A stretch of 42,107 nt of DNA from Bdellovibrionota bacterium (GTDB lineage: Bacteria > Bdellovibrionota_C > UBA2361 > JBGSMV01), in NCBI GenBank assembly GCA_044356455.1, contig JBIKWF010000029.1, forward strand, positions 1 through 42,107. The letters are read 5' to 3'. The notes under the pieces are model-generated. The model saw only the letters and a program-made list of their open reading frames with translations, made no database searches and was not told where the DNA came from. This document shows positions 18,401-26,226 of this stretch, one piece after another. Position 1 is the first letter of the stretch, and every line of letters starts with the position of its first letter. The position numbers and the translations under genes are program-made.

Positions 18401-20716
18401 CGCGGCTTTGACTAACCCGGCAGGTGTGGGCCACTCAGGGGGATTCTGCTCAGCAGGAAGATTCTCCGGTCTTTCAAGCAGCGGTCGCTTTAGGTAGAGA
18501 ACTCGCATCACTGAGTACTGGGCGAGAAACTCGCCAAATCCTTCATACTTCCTCGATGCAAGCTCCTCGAGTTCGGCCTTAAGGCCCAAGACACGCGCTA
18601 TATATTTTAGCGCGCACGCGTTATTCTCATCGGCGCTCGTCGTAACATCATCACGAAAGGAATGCCCCCTCTGGTTGGTCTGTGAGGATTCTTCGTGAAG
18701 CGACAACGATTTTCTTAGTAGGCTGCCCCGTTCGAGAGCCTCTTCGGGACTTTCAGGCGGAATGTCCGACTCTACCGTTGCTCGCTCCTCTTGGCTGAGT
18801 TTTGAAAGATCGAGGATGCCGCCTTTTTTTGCCCCGATCGTAAGGTCAAAAAAACGAGGGCCATCTGAAGTAAGAACTTGGGCTTGTCCGTGTCCTCCAT
18901 CTCCTTGAAACTCTTTGAGTCCGGAATCTGGTGTAATACCAGCGACGCGAACGGCGGCGGCCCCGATGCTCAGAAGCTCAGCTACCGCATGCGTTGCAAG
19001 GTAGTCGCAGTTTCCGAGCCTATGCGCATGAAAGGCGGCATTCCAGTAGGGCCCAAGATTATGAGTAAGATCAGAAAGACGAGGGTCCTCAGTGGTGAGA
19101 TAGCCCAAGGAGCGCAGGTGCGCGATCCAACGTCCTGAACGCTCGCCATCGTCTGGATAAAGAGCCATCATGGTGCCACGCAGCTCAACCAGCTCACTCG
19201 TCCCGGGAGACATGACCACAGGCAGAAACTTCTTTATGCGCTCGATTAGTTCAGGCTCTATCTTTGTCTTCGATCGAGGAGCAAGGCGAAAGGTGATTGA
19301 ACGCGCCGCTCTGGGAGGCTGTTGAGCGAACTCAAACGAACCAAAAATACCTTCCCCAATCTGCGTACCATGAGATGCGATAATATTCCCATGCCGATCC
19401 CTAAAGGACAGAGCCGTCACTTCGTACGAAGGATGTAACGGGAGTTCCGTCCCAAAATTCTTGAGCGGTAATGAAACCTCAGTTTCTGATTCAGCAAGAG
19501 GAGTTTGAGACGCTAACCCGGGCACACACTTCTGTCTGAAGAACTCGAAACGCAAGGGGATGTCTTTAGCCTCAGGGAACCGCTTGGGAAGCTCCTCGAT
19601 CCATTCGTGAAGAGGCATAAGTCTCCCCACCGAGGGAATAAAGATGCTCGCATCAGTAACTCCCATGCGCCTCTCGAAGTTTCGATCCTTAGTAACATAG
19701 GAGCCATAGTTCGGCGTATTGCGTGTTTTCGGTACCGCAGGCGGAATGAGAGTTCTCGCGGGGACTTTCCTGGAAATTAAACGCCTCCATGTTCCCATGT
19801 GGGCAAGGGCAACTGCCCCAGAAGCCAACACCACAACAACCGGCGCAAGCCAGAACTGTGAATCTGAGCCCAAAAGTTTTCCTACCAGGGCTACCGCTGG
19901 GCCACTCAATGCAATTGCAGCACTTGCGATGAGAGTCACACGGAACCTCTGCCGCAAATCCAAAAGAGAGCTCACGGCGACTTCATGCCACTTCTGAGCA
20001 GTTTCGCTTGCACTCCTTTGTGCAGAAGCCCTCGCCTCAGGATCTGCTCTCACGCGGCGCAGTGCCTCCGTAACTATTTGTGATTTCTTGGTACTGCTCT
20101 TTTCAAAAGCTGGGCTTCGCTCCTGGCGGCGCTTTTCCTCTTTGCGCTCCGTGCGCTCTCTCCTTAATGCTTGTGCTGCCCGCCTCCTTAGTTCGTCACT
20201 ATCAAACAGAATAGGAGCCGCTCCTGTTTGAGTGAGAGTTCGTGCTTCTTGTGCAAGCACCTTTACGGAGTGCTTGAGCATGCTAAACTCACTTACGAGC
20301 GGAAGTGAGGATTTTCGGTTTTCTGTTTCAGCTACCTGCACTGACCTACAAGAGATCCCAAGGGCAAGCTCCGCGAGGAGCTCTGCTCCGCTGACCAGTG
20401 TCTGGTACGCTCCCTCTTTCGGCGCCTCCACTCCCGAACCAAGCTGAACCGCACGAACAAAAGGGTATTTGGCTTCAATTGCTCTCGCCAGAGTCCAGGC
20501 TTGTTCGGAGATTTTCTCATGACGGGGTTGCTCAGGCGAGCTCTCAGAATATCCGGCTACTGAAACGCCAAAGACGCGAGATGCGGCGCTGCTAAATGAT
20601 TCGAGATACTCGTGCAGCACTTCGAGCTCCGCCGCACTTAGGGCGCGCCTCTTTTCTTCTAGACAGTTCTGGGTGGCTGCACGGTGGCGTTGAAGTGGAG
20701 ATTGGTGCAGCGACAT
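15476..20716 (-). CDS. Large membrane protein with a transglutaminase-like domain and a C-terminal DUF58-like domain
   Basis: ATG 20716 preferred (ORF track starts at TTG 20734). Two TM helices near 19795-19940; GNCDYLA / GGHGQAQV / FFDLT candidate Cys-His-Asp triad; YESARPYTPGMPAKLIDQRFLARTGKLFVR...ILCVDID resembles DUF58. Confidence 0.7.
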   Translation of the reverse strand: MSLHQSPLQRHRAATQNCLEEKRRALSAAELEVLHEYLESFSSAASRVFGVSVAGYSESSPEQPRHEKISEQAWTLARAIEAKYPFVRAVQLGSGVEAPKEGAYQTLVSGAELLAELALGISCRSVQVAETENRKSSLPLVSEFSMLKHSVKVLAQEARTLTQTGAAPILFDSDELRRRAAQALRRERTERKEEKRRQERSPAFEKSSTKKSQIVTEALRRVRADPEARASAQRSASETAQKWHEVAVSSLLDLRQRFRVTLIASAAIALSGPAVALVGKLLGSDSQFWLAPVVVVLASGAVALAHMGTWRRLISRKVPARTLIPPAVPKTRNTPNYGSYVTKDRNFERRMGVTDASIFIPSVGRLMPLHEWIEELPKRFPEAKDIPLRFEFFRQKCVPGLASQTPLAESETEVSLPLKNFGTELPLHPSYEVTALSFRDRHGNIIASHGTQIGEGIFGSFEFAQQPPRAARSITFRLAPRSKTKIEPELIERIKKFLPVVMSPGTSELVELRGTMMALYPDDGERSGRWIAHLRSLGYLTTEDPRLSDLTHNLGPYWNAAFHAHRLGNCDYLATHAVAELLSIGAAAVRVAGITPDSGLKEFQGDGGHGQAQVLTSDGPRFFDLTIGAKKGGILDLSKLSQEERATVESDIPPESPEEALERGSLLRKSLSLHEESSQTNQRGHSFRDDVTTSADENNACALKYIARVLGLKAELEELASRKYEGFGEFLAQYSVMRVLYLKRPLLERPENLPAEQNPPEWPTPAGLVKAAISSALREPSLGSAERGAILRFAISRCLLESLKLPKFMLEQDPKKAMDALSKTLAKGSFTSKIVDLTKLEGSPFEVVQVTLPELYGAQDLLDMVPLSVVEDARVFNQVRSSFYGSALLWRCFSSLSASISFARGSTEPQAASCQEFPSAQSLLSVLEHVRSAFVAGGWELAASGDQEHLDRAAQAIMGINAFAYLRFPADPEKPSTKSVLDTIDEISFDLLKIIGERGKFLHGLAPLAILPSIAHADSSFAKLLALSSDYIRRQGSRFHGVVSSTETRMSMLPVFASAAISAVLQSRFAMEPYLSTWFSFLKAALPQSDPALYAQDESWILQNFEKTRSRGGAFPDSSHAPGALLVAYRMSEEAAIVDALEMLVRLGVLSPQVLGQMPRESALASAARIASSLNLRAADARLKLSLDNPEGSASPSRGDVVRIPWIMAAINELKGGTEPEISALARVSYALGGYDEQGQEAFIKFDAQHPIEGSALRSRLALAWKQGGFAPKVTQHSSHAGDEESRGQGKSSAHEQGETMQALGKAAVVANAFHGLDPREVHAALEWLQGLLISEGEDSFNKLQKKAEPVIEAVENQSSAKVAADSSRVRALLTEAELSAILKRFSLSPHPADIAISVPLAAALSPRAKVAALLLFIAYAEELRECKGEVFSPLSSALRVPSYLMRPLASEYKPSDVPLRTQVRLSSLQPDLCTSPIARSDLLGSESPGSHAKPSRRGMKAVRYRFPEFSDLVQRGIRMPAGEAGIYESARPYTPGMPAKLIDQRFLARTGKLFVRDRIEEIERPTILCVDIDSLAPIGWRDYGQVPPRAALAQKQPFRLLARELLALERFRQRSSLVVTSNGVPLVVFLSTNSRLKQYFISNPETEPLCQFVSGFTSPEVIEQVGRLFIASSVLKIAESGVPNSWKLSHSDAVLSWMRREPRGACVRVFDSQETLERNLAGLANCEQRFRRSGGYLEVVAFDPY

Positions 20717-21178
20717 AAGAGAAGAAAAGCGCAAATCTGGAGAAGCAAGTAATCAAATCCAAAGTTGAAGAAGCGATCACAAGCTCATTCCGGAAGAGAT
20801 ATGTAGGCCCCGTGAACGCGGCTAAACTCGCCGCACATACTATCTCTCTCTCCACTGCTACTCAAAGAAAGCGGCGAGGCCGAAGAGGGATCTTACTTCA
20901 ATAAAAGTAGTAACTTAGTCGCTATTTCCTCACCCTTGAGGGCTTTCGCCAATCAGAACCAAAGGCTGAGGCTGCTCCGCGGTCTCCGCTTCTCCGCGCT
21001 TATTTCAATTAACCCCAGCTCACCACTCTGCAGAATCTAGAAGTAGGGAGTGAAGAATGCCTGCGGGGTTCGCGTGCCACCACTGCTTCTTGCTCTCGTT
21101 AAGAGAAGATTCGTCAAATTCAAGTCTACAAAAAATGCGGGGGCTTGCTGAAACTAACGCCTATTTGGTTACTACTAA

Positions 21179-21283
21179 GGAACCTCTGAAAAACTCCACC
21201 TCCGGGCTACTAAAAAACTATTGAAATACGCGGAGGAAAAACAGGCTAGAAGTAACACGATTTCTGGGTTCTTCAGAGGTTCC
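21179..21283. mobile_element. MITE-like element, family B, copy 2
   Basis: TIR GGAACCTCTGAAAAAC / GTTCTTCAGAGGTTCC (15/16); CTAA duplicated at 21175-21178 and 21284-21287; interior unrelated to the other copies. Confidence 0.8.
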
Positions 21284-21379
21284 CTAAGTGCTCGCACAAT
21301 ATAACAAATTGCCCCTTCACTTTGCAGAAGGATATGATGCTGCGTTAATTCTCCCATACTCGGATGGAATCTCTCAAGC

Positions 21380-22672
21380 ATGAGTAAAACAACTGAACAA
21401 AGTCCCAAGGCAACAGCCCGCGGCAAACTATCCGCGCTCGTCGGTATCACGCTTGTACTTTGTTTTTCGCTGTACTGCCTTGCGGTGAACTTCATCCTCG
21501 CTTTTGGAAACGAGAGCAGCAACCCCAAGCCCTCTTTACTTTTTCTAGAGCGAGCAATTGCGTCTGGCTCCGATGACCGCGCACAGCTTCTCTTTCCAGA
21601 GGGCTATGTATTAATGAATGGTCTGTACGGACTCGCACATGTTGCGGTCGGCAAACAGGCACCACCCGGATCACTCGAGCAGCAGCATTCTATTCAAGAA
21701 GCACACGCGGCTCTAAAGCGCCTAGATTTGCCCAAAGCCTCTCATCGTTTCCGCAGCTCGCGACTGCTCCGTAATGGTGTCTTCTATCGAGGCTGGAATG
21801 CGTACCTGAAGGGCCAGCTTATTGATTTGCTTTCGGTCCCGAAGGCGCCGCAGGATCTTATCGATTCTTTCAATGCTGACGTAGAGGAGATCCAGTCGGC
21901 GTTCTCACAAAGCGAGACTCCCTTTTTAGAGGCCTATCGAGGTCTGTCTTGGCCTGTTGATAGCGTCGTCGCAGTCGCAGCGCTTCGCCTCCACGAAAAA
22001 TTGTTCCATAGTTCTCATGCCGAGGTAATTGCTACGTGGATTCGCAAGGCCAAGGAGCGACTTGACCCTGAAACGGGGCTCCTGCCGCACCGAGTTGATG
22101 CCGCCCAAGGCAGAATGCTTACGGGAGCACGTGGCTCCTCCCAGACCCTTCTCCTGCGATTTCTTCCAGAGATTGATCCAGAATGGGCCGCCTCCCAATA
22201 TATGCTATTTCGCTCACAGTTTGTTCAATTCCCCTTAGGAGTACCGGGCATTCGAGAATTTCCCCAAGGGTATTTTCGTCTCGGTGACATTGATTCAGGG
22301 CCCCTGATATTTGGGACCAGCGCCTCTGCCTCAGCGGTGGCGATAGGCACGGCCCTGGCTTTTGGCGACTATGAGCTGGCGAACGTGCTCAGTCGCACCG
22401 CACAGGCCTTTGGAATTGAAATGAAAATGGGAGAGGAGTCAACGCACTTATTTGGACTCGTTCCAATTGGTGATGCCTTTCTTACCTGGTCTCATACCGC
22501 AGCTCTCGTCACCAAGATCCCGGAGCTACCCCGCACAGCTCCCCCTGACTGGGTGCTTATGACTCACGGCTCCTCTGCTGCGGCCGTGCTTATCTTTATG
22601 GGATGGATTCGGCTCCGCAGATGGATCTCGCAGCGCAGAGCTACTTCTCGTATGCCGCCCCGTAAAGCCTAA
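21380..22672 (+). CDS. Membrane-anchored linalool dehydratase/isomerase-like (alpha/alpha barrel) protein
   Basis: LFPEG, GVFYRGW, FLEAY..WPVD, ARGSS, GIREFP, GDIDSGP motifs recalled from Ldi-like uncharacterised proteins; TM helices at both ends. Confidence 0.55.
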   Translation: MSKTTEQSPKATARGKLSALVGITLVLCFSLYCLAVNFILAFGNESSNPKPSLLFLERAIASGSDDRAQLLFPEGYVLMNGLYGLAHVAVGKQAPPGSLEQQHSIQEAHAALKRLDLPKASHRFRSSRLLRNGVFYRGWNAYLKGQLIDLLSVPKAPQDLIDSFNADVEEIQSAFSQSETPFLEAYRGLSWPVDSVVAVAALRLHEKLFHSSHAEVIATWIRKAKERLDPETGLLPHRVDAAQGRMLTGARGSSQTLLLRFLPEIDPEWAASQYMLFRSQFVQFPLGVPGIREFPQGYFRLGDIDSGPLIFGTSASASAVAIGTALAFGDYELANVLSRTAQAFGIEMKMGEESTHLFGLVPIGDAFLTWSHTAALVTKIPELPRTAPPDWVLMTHGSSAAAVLIFMGWIRLRRWISQRRATSRMPPRKA

Positions 22673-23981
22673 GCGCAAAGTAACCCTTCACAAGGTCGCG
22701 CGTTTTGGAGGAGGCATGACGCACGGCGTTTTCAATCTCCGCCTTTGCCGCGCGCTGCTCAGAACCTGGTGAGGCAAGTCGCATGCGCATGCTGCGCCAA
22801 AATCCGGGTGCTGCATTTCTATTCATAATCTGCGCACAACTGCTCCATGCCGTAACAAAGGCTTCGGGATGCTTTTTCGCACAGTCAAGAACGATTCTAT
22901 CGTAGCGCTTCGCAAACTCTTCAAGAATTTGGCGGCGCTTGGTAGCTGCCTCCGGATCAGTTGATCGCGCAAGCCTCTGCATAAGATTAGCGAGCGCGGA
23001 ATCTTGGGGGGAAATCTCATCTCCACACATCTTCCACTGCGCAAGAAGGGCGCGATCGGAATGATCGTGAAACTCTCCCTTTTCGGCGAGCGGCTTCTCC
23101 TTCGTATCTTCCTCGATGAGACGAAGGAACTCTTCATCCTCCTCGTTCGTTGCTGGACTTAGGTCAAGAAGGCCAGAGTTTTCCTCGATAAGGGGGAGTC
23201 CTATTCGAGTACGCGCACTGGGGTCTGTCTCATCGGCACAATCGAGCAGTCCGTTGGTGAGTCCAGTGTCTTCATTCTCATCTCTAAGAAGTTCTTTGCA
23301 CAAAGAGCCCTCGCCGAGTTCCTCCTCATCAAAATCAAAAATGGAAATGCCGGACTCTTCCTTCGGTTCAGGCTTCTTTGGACTATATTCTTCATCTAAT
23401 TCGTCCATGGAAAGGAGCGAGGCCGCCCCTTCATCTTCATTTTGCAAGGTCTCCAATAATTTTGCTGACTGCGCGGCCGAAGACTCCAGGAACTTGGTAT
23501 AGAGCTCCTTTCCACTCTGCGGATTGAACCTGGGAATAAGGCGCCGCACCGCGTCAGCCGGAAAAAGTTCCTGCCCTAAGAATGACCGCGAAGAGAGTAG
23601 ACGGTCTTTCAGGAGCTCATCGATGTCCCTCGAGTCTACTTTAAGTACTCTCTCGACCTCGAATCTGTTCAGGGTGCTTCGTTGATTTGGCTTCGGCTCA
23701 TCACGCTCACGCAGTTCGGCGAGACGGCTTGAGAACTCTTCCTCACGAAGGGGAAGTGCGCAGAGAAGGTCTCTTACTTCGTCGAACCGCAGCATGAGGC
23801 GGTCGCGATCGCGGTACTCCTGGATGAGGCCTCTCTGCAGAACCTCCAAACTGAAGCGTTCCTCGGACATCCCCAGCGCCGCAGCTGCCTTCTCACTTGA
23901 AACAAACATTGGATTCATACTGCTAGGGTTAAAGGCCAAAAGCGCCCGATCGTAAGCGTAATTCACTAAACTAATATTCAA
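22641..23981 (-). CDS. Protein with two excisionase/MerR-like HTH modules and an acidic linker
   Basis: SSEKAAAALGMS...RGLIQEYRDRDRLMLRFDEV and LNRFEVERVLKV...FPADAVRRL; D/E-rich middle. True start may be a few codons downstream (MNPMFV). Confidence 0.6.
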   Translation of the reverse strand: MNISLVNYAYDRALLAFNPSSMNPMFVSSEKAAAALGMSEERFSLEVLQRGLIQEYRDRDRLMLRFDEVRDLLCALPLREEEFSSRLAELRERDEPKPNQRSTLNRFEVERVLKVDSRDIDELLKDRLLSSRSFLGQELFPADAVRRLIPRFNPQSGKELYTKFLESSAAQSAKLLETLQNEDEGAASLLSMDELDEEYSPKKPEPKEESGISIFDFDEEELGEGSLCKELLRDENEDTGLTNGLLDCADETDPSARTRIGLPLIEENSGLLDLSPATNEEDEEFLRLIEEDTKEKPLAEKGEFHDHSDRALLAQWKMCGDEISPQDSALANLMQRLARSTDPEAATKRRQILEEFAKRYDRIVLDCAKKHPEAFVTAWSSCAQIMNRNAAPGFWRSMRMRLASPGSEQRAAKAEIENAVRHASSKTRDLVKGYFALRLYGAAYEK

Positions 23982-24067
23982 TCTTCCTAGCTAGTTAGCG
24001 CGCAACCCCCTGCAAGTAGCGTTCAACACTGAGGCAGGGCAGGGGCTTACGCAGATATGGGGAGGAT

Positions 24068-24322
24068 ATGAAAAGGACTACCGCTCAAGGACGCCACGTT
24101 ATCGCTGCCGGAGAGGTTGGCGCGTACACCGTCTGCCCCGAGTCTTGGCGATTACGTACTGTTCAGAAGCTCAAAGGAGAAAGTTCGGTCGAGTCCCGCG
24201 AAGGAATTCGCCTCCATGCTGAGTGGGCTAAGAACTACGACGACTCTCTTGAACTTGTTCGGCTCATAAGAATCCTCCTTTGTCTCACGCTTCTTGCTGC
24301 TTTGATTTACGTGTGGATGTGA
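24068..24322 (+). CDS. Small membrane protein resembling the Cas4 N-terminal segment
   Basis: GGAGG RBS; IAAGEVGAYTVCPESW...GIRLH matches the Cas4 N-terminal CP..G...H pattern; C-terminal TM helix. Confidence 0.7.
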   Translation: MKRTTAQGRHVIAAGEVGAYTVCPESWRLRTVQKLKGESSVESREGIRLHAEWAKNYDDSLELVRLIRILLCLTLLAALIYVWM

Positions 24323-24969
24323 CGACCGCGATGGAAACCATCTCTCACTTCATAGCGCGCCTTGTTCAAGATGCGACGAGTGCTGACTCAACAGTTTTGC
24401 TCTTTTTTGTGATTAGTATTGCCTGCGTGATTGTGCTTGACGCGGTAACCTTGGCCATCGGTAAGACGAAGCGTGAAACGGGCCTTGAACCAAAGTCAGT
24501 GAGCGTAAGTATTGATGGTAGTAAAAACGTTCCCGTGCGCCGCTACCTTTCAGAGAAGCAAGCTTTGGCAGGACGACCTGATGCGCTGATTAGTGAAGAT
24601 GGATTTATTATCCCGGTCGAGCGAAAGCCACTCGCGCGAAAAGTACGTGATAGATACGTAGCTCAGCTCCTCGTGTATATGCGGCTGGTGGAAGAATTCG
24701 AAGGCAAGCGCCCGCCGTATGGCTATCTCATTCTAGGGCAAAGCTGCCGAAAGATTCGCATTGAGAACACGCCGGAGCGTCAAGCGTGGCTACAGAAGAT
24801 GCTCGATGAAATGCAAGAGATTCTTAATGGCGGGCCCGCGACGGCCACTCCCCAAGAAAAGAAGTGCCAAAAATGCGACGTGAGAGCGCACTGCTCATTC
24901 GCATCTTCAACGGGACAAGTCGCAAGCGCTTCATCAAAATCCGCTATTCTTCGGCAACGAGCTAACTAG
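24319..24969 (+). CDS. Membrane-anchored solo Cas4-like PD-(D/E)xK nuclease lacking the N-terminal Cys
   Basis: GTG overlaps the upstream TGA (alternative ATG 24331); TM helix; GRPDAL...IPVERK, QLLVY, and KCQKCDVRAHC. Confidence 0.8.
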   Translation: MTTAMETISHFIARLVQDATSADSTVLLFFVISIACVIVLDAVTLAIGKTKRETGLEPKSVSVSIDGSKNVPVRRYLSEKQALAGRPDALISEDGFIIPVERKPLARKVRDRYVAQLLVYMRLVEEFEGKRPPYGYLILGQSCRKIRIENTPERQAWLQKMLDEMQEILNGGPATATPQEKKCQKCDVRAHCSFASSTGQVASASSKSAILRQRAN

Positions 24970-25088
24970 GGAACCTCTGAAAAAGTCCTCCTTCGTGTTC
25001 TTCGCGACCTCGGCGTCCGCGGCGCAGCTTTGGCGGAGCCGGGAACGCCGAGGTCGCGAAGGTGGCAAAGAGGTTTTTCAGAGGCTCC
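24970..25088. mobile_element. MITE-like element, family B, copy 3
   Basis: TIR GGAACCTCTGAAAAA / TTTTTCAGAGGCTCC (14/15); flanks CTAG / TTAG; internal hairpin 24991-25016 / 25045-25070 with a REP-like unit in its loop. Confidence 0.8.
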
Positions 25089-25193
25089 TTAGATTGAGGA
25101 CTCAACAACAGTGGAAATTATCTGACTAGTCACAAAATGCATTCTCACGGCTGCATACGTACCCTCAATCTGCGACTATTCCAGCACGTACCT

Positions 25194-25931
25194 ATGAAGA
25201 ACTCTCGCTGCACTGCATTCCTTCTCCTCACCCTCACAGCGACCCTTGTTTTAGGTGGTTGCTCACTCGCGAGTATTGCAAAAAATAAAGAATCAGGAAT
25301 AGAGAAAATTAACTGTGTTGATTCGGTTGACGAGACTACAAATCTGTATGTCACAAATTTAGGCTGGCACACAGGCATAGTGCTGCCCCGCGAGGTTATG
25401 GCGGCGGTGTTTGGAGATCTCTTGCCTGAAACTGCGATGTATCCTTGGACAGAAATAGGATGGGGTGATCGTGATTTCTATATGTCCTCTGGATACTCCT
25501 ATGTGGCCGGGGCGCAGGCCCTCTTTTTCTCCTCGGGCAGCGCCCTGCATGTGGCCGGCCTAGATAGACCGCCTGAGGAATTCTTCCTGGACGCACAACT
25601 TTTTATTATAACGATTAAGCGGGTGGGCTTACGCCAGCTGCTGGATTATATACGCTCCGCGTTAACGGTGGATAAGAACGGGAGCAGCAACCGGCTGGGC
25701 GCTAGCCTCTACGGAAAAGGCAGCTTTTATGAGGCTAACGGATCATTTTCCCTATTTCACACCTGCAACTCCTGGACCGCGGCGGGGTTAGTGGAGGCTG
25801 GTTGTAAGATCAATCCAAACTTAACGCGCGCTTCGACTCTCACGCGCGAGCTGCGCAAGGTTAATGATAAGACGCAGCAGGGCCATCGGGATCTAGGCTC
25901 CCCACCGTTTGCGCGACAACTTGGCGACTAG
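25194..25931 (+). CDS. DUF2459 family lipoprotein
   Basis: Lipobox LGGC after ATG 25194; GWHTGIVLP, GWGDRDFY, FYEA.G.FSLFHTCNSWTA. Confidence 0.8.
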   Translation: MKNSRCTAFLLLTLTATLVLGGCSLASIAKNKESGIEKINCVDSVDETTNLYVTNLGWHTGIVLPREVMAAVFGDLLPETAMYPWTEIGWGDRDFYMSSGYSYVAGAQALFFSSGSALHVAGLDRPPEEFFLDAQLFIITIKRVGLRQLLDYIRSALTVDKNGSSNRLGASLYGKGSFYEANGSFSLFHTCNSWTAAGLVEAGCKINPNLTRASTLTRELRKVNDKTQQGHRDLGSPPFARQLGD

Positions 25932-26226
25932 TGGCTGTTTGACCCACCTTAAAATCAGCAATCCCCTGCCCTCCTTTCCCACTTCTCTTTAACCTTTCCG
26001 TCACGGCTACGTTGCCCTTGTCCCCGCCCCGGGCACGTGCCCCCTAACATTTTCTAGTTCCTCGCGATGGCCAGACTCCGCGATTTCAATGACGAGACCC
26101 ATGGTCGCGGGAGCAACTCGTGGATTCTGCAAACGGGCTGCGACCGCATACTTAAAATTTCTTTTCGGCATCGAATTACGGCTAGGGCTGAGAGGGATCA
26201 CCTTCCATTCACCCGCTTCAGCCAGC

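Noticed and set aside
20735..21170. Possible small gene or ncRNA in a ~430-bp gap
   Set aside because: No ORF with a convincing start or motif, and no tRNA-like or long stem structure recognised.
24068..25100. CRISPR-Cas locus suggested by the Cas4-like gene
   Set aside because: No cas1/cas2 or other cas genes and no regularly spaced direct repeats; the adjacent repeat is a TIR element.
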